Part shown: positions 57,776 to 64,000 of the stretch, in pieces
Position numbering within the stretch: the first letter of the stretch is position 1
Layout: each line of letters begins with the position of its first letter
Assembly (NCBI GenBank): GCA_934119935.1
Contig: CAKOSX010000001.1
Location: forward strand, 332,299 to 396,298
Direction: 5' to 3'
DNA: 64,000 nt
Source of the DNA: an uncultured Clostridia bacterium
GTDB taxonomy: Bacteria; Bacillota; Clostridia; TANB77; CAG-508
Position numbers and translations under genes: made by a program
Notes under the pieces: model-generated
Database searches by the model: none
What the model saw: the letters and a program-made list of their open reading frames with translations, nothing else
Told to the model about the DNA's origin: nothing

Positions 57776-59386
57776 TTATTTTCCAGTATTTATGTTAAAC
57801 ACTAAATGCTTATTGAAGTCTGTATTTAATACAGGATATATTCTTACATTTTTCAATTTGCTTGTTCCATTTGACAATCTTAAATATTTAAATGCAGGAG
57901 TAACTTTAATGTATGATATTTCTGCTCCAATTTTTCCGATTTTGGGATTATACAAAATACCACCAGAGAAATTCAGCGTTCTTAAAAATTTTTTATTTTC
58001 ATCGTAAATTGCATTATACATACTATCATTATCAATTACAATAACACTATTGTAATTTGATAAATCTAAATAATCTGTTTCGGCCCAGCCCGAATAACTT
58101 ACTTCTTCGCCATTTGTCTCAATATAATGGTCTAGAGTTAATTGTTCACTATCAAGAATAGAATCTTCTATTTTTATATTTTGATATGTATAATTATTTG
58201 AAAGATTATTTTCTTGTATTGGAAAAACTTTGATAGTATTTAGTATTCCAGTAATTTGAGATAACCTTATATATTTTACGTTTTTAGGGATACTCAATAT
58301 AACAATTTTTCCTTTTTTCAAATCTAATGTATCCACATCAACAGACAAACCTGAAACATAATTTTTTTCGGCATCATACATTGCACTATATGAAGTTATT
58401 GGACTGGTTTTTTCATATGAAATAGCCACTCTTGTATAATTTTCTACATCTATAAAATCTGTGGAGTTCCATGTCGAATTATATTTTATTTCAGCTCCAT
58501 CTGTTGAAGAAATATATGTATTATCTATTATTTTTCCATTTTCAAATATGTTATCACCGAAAGGATATTCTTCAACAAGACTTTTATATAGGTCAAGTCC
58601 TATTACATCGTTATAATCTTCATTTAGTATAGGAAATATTTTTATATGATTTAATAATGAGCTTTTTTGTGAGATTCTTAAGTATCTTTCATTTTCTTGC
58701 AATTTTAATATGGTAAGAGAAACATTAACTTTTCCTAACACATCATTAGTTATTGTAGCTTTATTAATTCGTAATATTCTTTGCGTTTCCTTATTTTCAT
58801 TATATAGAGCATTATAGCTATCTAAGAATGAACTAGAATCGCTCACAATCAAAATATTTTTGCATGTTCCTAAATCTATATAATCAGATGCGCTCCAACC
58901 GTTATATGAAATTTCTGACCCATCACTATTAGAGATATAGGTGTTATTCTTTATGTCTGCTAAGTTAAATAAGTTATCTCCAAGTAAAATATTCTCTAAA
59001 TCTTTTTCAACATCAGAAGCATATCCTAAAAAAGTTACCTCTCCATTGCCCTTTACACTATAATACCTTTGACTTTTTACTATCTTGACTAAATAATCTG
59101 TTCCATCTTCTCTTAACTCAGTTTCGTCTTTGCCGATATTAGTTATTAAGTTTTGCTCTAGCTCGTTTTTCTTTATTTGTAATGTTTTATTATTTTGTAT
59201 CGTTTGAAGTACTGTTAACTGAATTTTTTCTTTTTCAGAGCCTATGTCCATAGCAGTTTTTGCTTCTTCAATTTTCTCCAATATTCCATTATCACCAATT
59301 AGAACCTGAGTAGATACTCCTGCAATAATTAAGATTACAATAATTGTAATTACAAGAGCTACAACTGTAATTCCCTTATTTTTCAT
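57776..59386 (-). CDS. Prepilin-like-leader surface protein with three about 130-aa internal repeats
   Basis: MKNKGITVVALVITIIVILIIAGVSTQVLIGDNGILEK leader; repeats containing NNTYIS.SDG.EI.YN..W...D(Y/F)ID. Confidence 0.6.
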   Translation of the reverse strand: MKNKGITVVALVITIIVILIIAGVSTQVLIGDNGILEKIEEAKTAMDIGSEKEKIQLTVLQTIQNNKTLQIKKNELEQNLITNIGKDETELREDGTDYLVKIVKSQRYYSVKGNGEVTFLGYASDVEKDLENILLGDNLFNLADIKNNTYISNSDGSEISYNGWSASDYIDLGTCKNILIVSDSSSFLDSYNALYNENKETQRILRINKATITNDVLGKVNVSLTILKLQENERYLRISQKSSLLNHIKIFPILNEDYNDVIGLDLYKSLVEEYPFGDNIFENGKIIDNTYISSTDGAEIKYNSTWNSTDFIDVENYTRVAISYEKTSPITSYSAMYDAEKNYVSGLSVDVDTLDLKKGKIVILSIPKNVKYIRLSQITGILNTIKVFPIQENNLSNNYTYQNIKIEDSILDSEQLTLDHYIETNGEEVSYSGWAETDYLDLSNYNSVIVIDNDSMYNAIYDENKKFLRTLNFSGGILYNPKIGKIGAEISYIKVTPAFKYLRLSNGTSKLKNVRIYPVLNTDFNKHLVFNINTGK

Positions 59387-59540
59387 TTGTTTCCTCCTTA
59401 GTGGTTGTCAAAATCAATTTTTATTAATTATTTATATATTATTATTAATATAATCTTTTGTCAATTTAAATTTGTATAAAATTATATGAAAAATTAGAAT
59501 TGTAATAATAGAGGTTAAATGGCATTTTAACCTTTATTTT

Positions 59541-60248
59541 TTGCCAAAAGTATGTTATCATGTTTTTGAAGTAAAGAAAGAGGTTAATTTTATGGAAAAT
59601 AAATATAATATGACGTTAGAACAAAATATATTTCTTGCAAAAAGAAATTTGGTTGATAACATATATGCAAATGCAAGAATGGAGGGAATAAATATAACTT
59701 TTCCTCAGACTAAAACAATTCTTGATGGCGTAAATGTTCCAAATTTAAAGATTGATGAAATTCAATGTGTTCTTAACTTAAGAGATGCATGGAAATTTGT
59801 AATTGCTAACATTGATGAAGAATTTAATACGGAATTTATATGCAAAATAAATGAATATGTTGCAAGGAATGAGAGTCTTGAATGGGGAAAATTAAGAACT
59901 GGAAGAGTAGAAATAACAGGGACAGAATATATTCCAGAAGTTCCAGATAAAAATAAAGTGGAGAAAGAAATTAATGATATTTTAAAAATAGAAAATGCAA
60001 CCGAGCGTGCAATTACATATATGTTATATGGAATGAGAAGCCAGTTGTTTTGGGACGGAAACAAAAGAACCAGTACTATTGCTGCTAATAAAATAATGAT
60101 AGAAAATGGAGCAGGAATTATTAAGGTACCAGATAATAAATTAGAAGAGTTTAATAAACTGCTAACAGAATTTTATAATACAAATGATATGAAGAAAATA
60201 AGAAAATTTATATACGAAAATTGTATAGATGGTATAAGAATGCAATAG
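59541..60248 (+). CDS. Fic/Doc (Fido) family protein with Doc-like motif variant
   Basis: QLFWDGNKRTS aligns with Doc HxFxDxNKRT motif but Gln replaces catalytic His; start may be MENKYNM (59592). Confidence 0.55.
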   Translation: MPKVCYHVFEVKKEVNFMENKYNMTLEQNIFLAKRNLVDNIYANARMEGINITFPQTKTILDGVNVPNLKIDEIQCVLNLRDAWKFVIANIDEEFNTEFICKINEYVARNESLEWGKLRTGRVEITGTEYIPEVPDKNKVEKEINDILKIENATERAITYMLYGMRSQLFWDGNKRTSTIAANKIMIENGAGIIKVPDNKLEEFNKLLTEFYNTNDMKKIRKFIYENCIDGIRMQ

Positions 60249-60454
60249 TGAAAAATGCAAGCTACAAACAAGTAATAAATTAAAAATGAAAAAAACTATG
60301 AATTTCTAAGAAAATTTCCGAAAACCCTTGCATTTTTTCCATAAAAAGGGTATAATAATATTGACATAAGAAGTACGGCAGAAGAGTGGAAGCAAGTTCC
60401 ACTCTTCTACAATGTTATAAGAGATTTTTAATATAAAATATTAGGAGGTATATC

Positions 60455-60913
60455 TTGTCTAAAATAGAGGAAAAGGTAGAAGAACTCGTTACAAAGCCAA
60501 TAAATGAACTTGGTTACAGAGTATACGATGTTATGTATGTAAAAGAGGGCAAAGACAATTATTTAAGAATATTCATAGATAATGATACAGGAATTAGCTT
60601 AGATGATTGTGAAAGGGTAAATAATGCAATTACAGATATGCTAGATGAAGCGGATTATATAAAAGATCAATATTTTCTTGAAATTTCGTCTTCTGGAGTA
60701 GAAAGACATATCAGAAAAGATTCGCAATTGCAAGAACATATTGGGAAAGATATAGATGTGAAATTGTTTAAACCATTGAACAAGCAAAAAGAGCTTGAAG
60801 GCAATCTTAAACAGTTTGACGAAACGACCATTACATTAATCATAGATGAAGAAGAAATCACAATAGAAAGAAGCAACATAAGCTCAATGAAAAGAGCTTT
60901 CAAATGGGAATAA
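60455..60913 (+). CDS. rimP: Ribosome maturation factor RimP
   Basis: 152 aa, TTG start with RBS taggaggt; position upstream of nusA. Confidence 0.8.
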   Translation: MSKIEEKVEELVTKPINELGYRVYDVMYVKEGKDNYLRIFIDNDTGISLDDCERVNNAITDMLDEADYIKDQYFLEISSSGVERHIRKDSQLQEHIGKDIDVKLFKPLNKQKELEGNLKQFDETTITLIIDEEEITIERSNISSMKRAFKWE

Positions 60914-60938
60914 TATAATTGAAAGGAATGATTGGAAA

Positions 60939-62174
60939 ATGAAGAAGAATGTAAAAAAAGTAGAAAACAAAGGAATTGATAGCACAGAATTAATAATAGC
61001 ACTAGATGAACTAGAAAAAGAAAGAGGAATAAAGAAAGAGTACGTTATAGAATCTATAGAAACAGCTTTGGTTACAGCATACAAGAGAAACTTTGATGTT
61101 ACATCTGACAACGTGAAGATTACTCTAAACCGTGAAACAGGTGAGACACACGTTTATGAAGAACTTAGCGTAGTAAATGAAGTTGAAGATGATAAGACAC
61201 AAATTTCGGTAGAAGCTGCAAGAAAAATTGACGCAAGATATAATGAGGGAGATGTTGTTGAGAAGGAATTAATGCCAAAGAACTTTGGTAGAATTGCAGC
61301 TCAAACAGCAAAACAAGTTATAGTTCAAAGAATAAGAGAAGCTTCAAGAGAAGTAATATTTAGCGAATTTAATGAGAAAAAAGGCGAAATAGTTTCTGGT
61401 ATAGTACAAAAGGTTGATAAGAACATAGTTGTATTAGACTTAGGAAAAATTGAAGGTATAATGCCAATTAAAGAGCAAATACCAACAGAACATTACTATG
61501 TAAATCAAAAACTAAGAGCCTGTGTTGCAAATGTTGAAAAAGGTGCCAAGGGATCAACACAAATAATAGTTTCAAGAGCAAATAACGATTTCTTAAGAAA
61601 ATTATTCGAGCTTGAAATTCCAGAAATTTATGAAGGATTAATCGAAATTAAGAGCATTTCAAGAGACCCAGGAAAGAGATGTAAAGTTGCAGTATATTCT
61701 CCAAATGAAAACATAGATCCAGTTGGTTCTTGTGTTGGACAAAAAGGAATTCGTATTCAAAATATAATAAACGAATTAAGCGGAGAAAAAATAGATGTAA
61801 TAGAATGGAACGAAGATCCATCTACATACATTGCAGAAGCTTTACTTCCAGCAAAAGTTATGGCTGTTGATATTAAAGATGAAGAAAGATTTGCCCAAGT
61901 AATAGTTCCAGATGATCAATTATCATTAGCTATTGGTAAAGCAGGACAAAATGCAAGACTTGCAGCTAAATTAACAAACTGGAAAATAGATATAAAGAGT
62001 GAATCTCAATTTAGAGAAATGATACAAGAGCTACAAGCAAATGGTGAAGAAAAAGAAGAAGCTGATAGCGAAGAAGTTACAGATGATGCAGAAAACGTTG
62101 ATGAAGCAAATGTAGAAGAGGCAAATGAAGTAGAAAATGTTGAAACATCAGAAGAAAATAAAGACGAAGAATAA
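60939..62174 (+). CDS. nusA: Transcription termination/antitermination factor NusA with acidic C-terminal tail
   Basis: S1 plus KH domains (GIVQKVDKNIVVLDLG; GQKGIRIQNI; AIGKAGQNARLAAKLT). Confidence 0.9.
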   Translation: MKKNVKKVENKGIDSTELIIALDELEKERGIKKEYVIESIETALVTAYKRNFDVTSDNVKITLNRETGETHVYEELSVVNEVEDDKTQISVEAARKIDARYNEGDVVEKELMPKNFGRIAAQTAKQVIVQRIREASREVIFSEFNEKKGEIVSGIVQKVDKNIVVLDLGKIEGIMPIKEQIPTEHYYVNQKLRACVANVEKGAKGSTQIIVSRANNDFLRKLFELEIPEIYEGLIEIKSISRDPGKRCKVAVYSPNENIDPVGSCVGQKGIRIQNIINELSGEKIDVIEWNEDPSTYIAEALLPAKVMAVDIKDEERFAQVIVPDDQLSLAIGKAGQNARLAAKLTNWKIDIKSESQFREMIQELQANGEEKEEADSEEVTDDAENVDEANVEEANEVENVETSEENKDEE

Positions 62175-62189
62175 AAGGAAGTGTGATAC

Positions 62190-62450
62190 TTGAAGAAAAT
62201 ACCACAAAGAACTTGTTTAGGTTGCAATGAAGCAAAACCTAAGAATGAATTGATAAGAATTGTAAAACAGAGTGATGGCAAAATATTCGTAGACAAAACA
62301 GGAAAGGCTGAAGGACGAGGTGCATATATATGTAATAATGTAGAATGCTTGGAAAAGGCCATAAAGTCAAAGAGATTGAGCAGAAGCTTTGAAACAGAAA
62401 TAAACAACGAAATTTATGAAAGCTTAAGAGGTGTAATTATTGATAAGTAG
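62190..62450 (+). CDS. ylxR: YlxR/RnpM (DUF448) RNA-binding protein
   Basis: RTCLGCNEAKPKNELIRIV motif; nusA-ylxR-infB synteny. Confidence 0.75.
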   Translation: MKKIPQRTCLGCNEAKPKNELIRIVKQSDGKIFVDKTGKAEGRGAYICNNVECLEKAIKSKRLSRSFETEINNEIYESLRGVIIDK

Positions 62451-62501
62451 AGAAAATAAAAAGGAATTAAGCACAAGAATAAATATAGGGGGGTGGAATT
62501 A

Positions 62502-64000
62502 TTGGGTAAAATAAAAATTCACGAACTAGCAAAAGAAATAGGAATGGCAAGCAAAGATGTACTTGAAAAAGCAAAGTCGCTAGGCATAGATGTGGCAAGC
62601 CATTTAAGCAATGTGACTGACGAACAAGCAACAGAAATTAGAAATGCATATTCAAAAAATAATAAAAATAATGTGAAAAAGGAAAATAAAGTGGAAAGTA
62701 AGAAAGAAGCAAAAAAAGAAACAAAGAAAGATAACAAAAAAGATACTCCAGTAATTATTAGAAGAGAAGTTATATTGAATGACGAAGAGGATCCTAAAAA
62801 GGAAACCAAAAAGTCAGAGGAAAGAAAAGATGTAGGTTTTGTAAAAAGAAGAAATAATAACGATTACAATATCGTTTACAGAAACAAGCCTAATAAGCCT
62901 CTTACAGTAAATGAATTATTTGGACTTGGCAAGAAGGAAGAAAAGCCAAAGGCAGATGTAAAAGTCGAAAGTGTAAAGAAAGAAGAAGTTAAAAAAGAAG
63001 AGAATACTGCAAAAACTACTGCAACTGCAAGCAAAGTAGAAACTGCTAAAACAGAAAAAGCTGAAACTCCAAAGTCAGAAGCAGTAAAGACTGAATCTGC
63101 TAAAGCTGAAAGTGTAAAAACAGAAACTGCAAAGCCAGAAGTTAAAGTAGAAGAAAAACAAGTAGCTGTAAAAGTTGAAAGTTCTAAACAAGAATTTGCT
63201 AAAAGCGATAGAACTGAAGCTCGTGATAGAAATGATAATTATAGAGGAGAAAATTCTAGAAACGATTCTTTCCAACGTAGAAACCAAAACAGCAACTTCA
63301 ACAATAACGGAAATAAAGACTTTAGCAATAACAGAAGTCAGTTCCAAAGAAATAATAACTTCAATAGAAATGATAGATTCCAAAACAACAATCAATCAAG
63401 AGACGGTTTCAAAAATAACCAAAATGGTCAAAATAATAGATTTAATAATGGCAATAATGGTTATAATAGAAATAACCGTGACAATAACGGATTTAACAGA
63501 AACAATCGTGATAACAACGGATTTAATAGAAATGGTAACCGTGATAACAATGGCTTTAATAGAAATAACAATGGTGGATTCAACAGAAAACCTTTAGATG
63601 ACAGAAAAATCGACAAGAAAATAAACGATATACTAGAAACAGAGATTGTTGAGAAAGAAAATCAAAGAGATTATTCTACAAGAGCAAGTTTCAAAGCAAA
63701 AAATAATAAATATGATGAGACAAAGCAAAACAAGAATAAGTCTAGAAGGTTCAATGAGGAAGAAGAATATGATGAGGGCAAATTAAAGAACTTAAAGCAA
63801 GTAGATAAGCTTTCTAACATGTTCGGAGACCAAGAAGGTGGAATGCTTGATTACTACGATTTATCAACAGAACGTGGTAAGAAGGGTAAACGTAAAAACC
63901 AAAAGAATACTGAGGAAAGAAATAAGCAAAAAATATTTAAGTTAACAGAAATAACAATTCCAGAGAACATAAGTGTTAAAGACCTAGCAACAGAGTTAAA
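62502..64000 (+). CDS. infB: Translation initiation factor IF-2, N-terminal part (continues beyond window)
   Basis: TTG start after RBS aggggggtgg; LGKIKIHELAKEIGMASKDVLEKAKSLGIDV IF-2 N-domain; long low-complexity K/E and N/R/G-rich linker; open to window end. Confidence 0.85.
   Translation, partial: MGKIKIHELAKEIGMASKDVLEKAKSLGIDVASHLSNVTDEQATEIRNAYSKNNKNNVKKENKVESKKEAKKETKKDNKKDTPVIIRREVILNDEEDPKKETKKSEERKDVGFVKRRNNNDYNIVYRNKPNKPLTVNELFGLGKKEEKPKADVKVESVKKEEVKKEENTAKTTATASKVETAKTEKAETPKSEAVKTESAKAESVKTETAKPEVKVEEKQVAVKVESSKQEFAKSDRTEARDRNDNYRGENSRNDSFQRRNQNSNFNNNGNKDFSNNRSQFQRNNNFNRNDRFQNNNQSRDGFKNNQNGQNNRFNNGNNGYNRNNRDNNGFNRNNRDNNGFNRNGNRDNNGFNRNNNGGFNRKPLDDRKIDKKINDILETEIVEKENQRDYSTRASFKAKNNKYDETKQNKNKSRRFNEEEEYDEGKLKNLKQVDKLSNMFGDQEGGMLDYYDLSTERGKKGKRKNQKNTEERNKQKIFKLTEITIPENISVKDLATEL

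Noticed and set aside
57776-59386. Treating the four prepilin-like-leader genes as a type IV pilus operon
   Set aside because: No pilB/pilC/pilD/pilM-O ATPase or platform genes in the window. The passengers are adhesin-type domains, not pilin globular domains, so this is reported as a novel leader family instead.
62519-63597. ORFs 62519..62809 (-), 63075..63395 (-), 63175..63597 (+)
   Set aside because: They lie inside the infB N-terminal low-complexity region. The + frame starting at TTG 62502 is continuous to the window end and matches IF-2.

Overview
A 64 kb stretch of a low-GC (about 30% GC) Firmicutes/Clostridia-type chromosome, read from sequence alone. **Core genes.** Housekeeping genes on both strands: rnhA, tmcAL (ylbM), coaE, endonuclease Q, a spoIIM-like gene, xerD, murB, a yvcK-like gene, glycogen debranching enzyme, holA, gpr, rluD-family, M23 peptidase, a Ca-type P-ATPase, a trxB-like/trxA pair, rlmD, rsmB-like, hslO, recG and the rimP-nusA-ylxR-infB block (infB runs off the 3' end). 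**Cell envelope and glycosylation.** Two GT-C-like polytopic membrane proteins, a Wzx flippase, a GT2, a bifunctional fucokinase/GDP-fucose pyrophosphorylase (Fkp-like), a eukaryotic-type UDP-sugar pyrophosphorylase fused to a hexapeptide (LbH) domain, a polysaccharide deacetylase and an L,D-transpeptidase. **Surface protein family.** Four proteins share a near-identical prepilin-like N-terminal module, (K)GIT(L/V)(I/V)ALVITIV.LLILAGIS.NL.LGENGI, fused to BspA-type LRRs, CnaB pilin-like domains or internal repeats. One of them is currently switched OFF by an (AC)10 tract. A vWA protein with a PQTG sortase signal lies in the same cluster. **RNA genes.** Four tRNAs: Gly-UCC, Gly-CCC, a second Gly-UCC, and Leu-UAG. 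**Unusual non-coding features.** (1) About 81-nt elements downstream of tRNA-Gly and tRNA-Leu genes carry a copy of the cognate tRNA's 3' end (T-loop 3' half, acceptor 3' strand, CCA) joined to a conserved core. (2) Each of these loci adjoins a GC-rich (45-55% GC) gene cassette with its own consensus promoter and terminator. (3) A dispersed repeat family, GGGGACGGAG-N7-TGTACA, has at least 12 units. (4) An about 110-bp palindromic element (perfect about 20-24 bp arms around a conserved about 66-nt GC-rich core) occurs three times. Two copies sit inside about 300-bp composite repeats that bracket a DUF360-DUF421-DUF4363 block, with the core in opposite orientation. No CRISPR, rRNA or transposase genes were seen.
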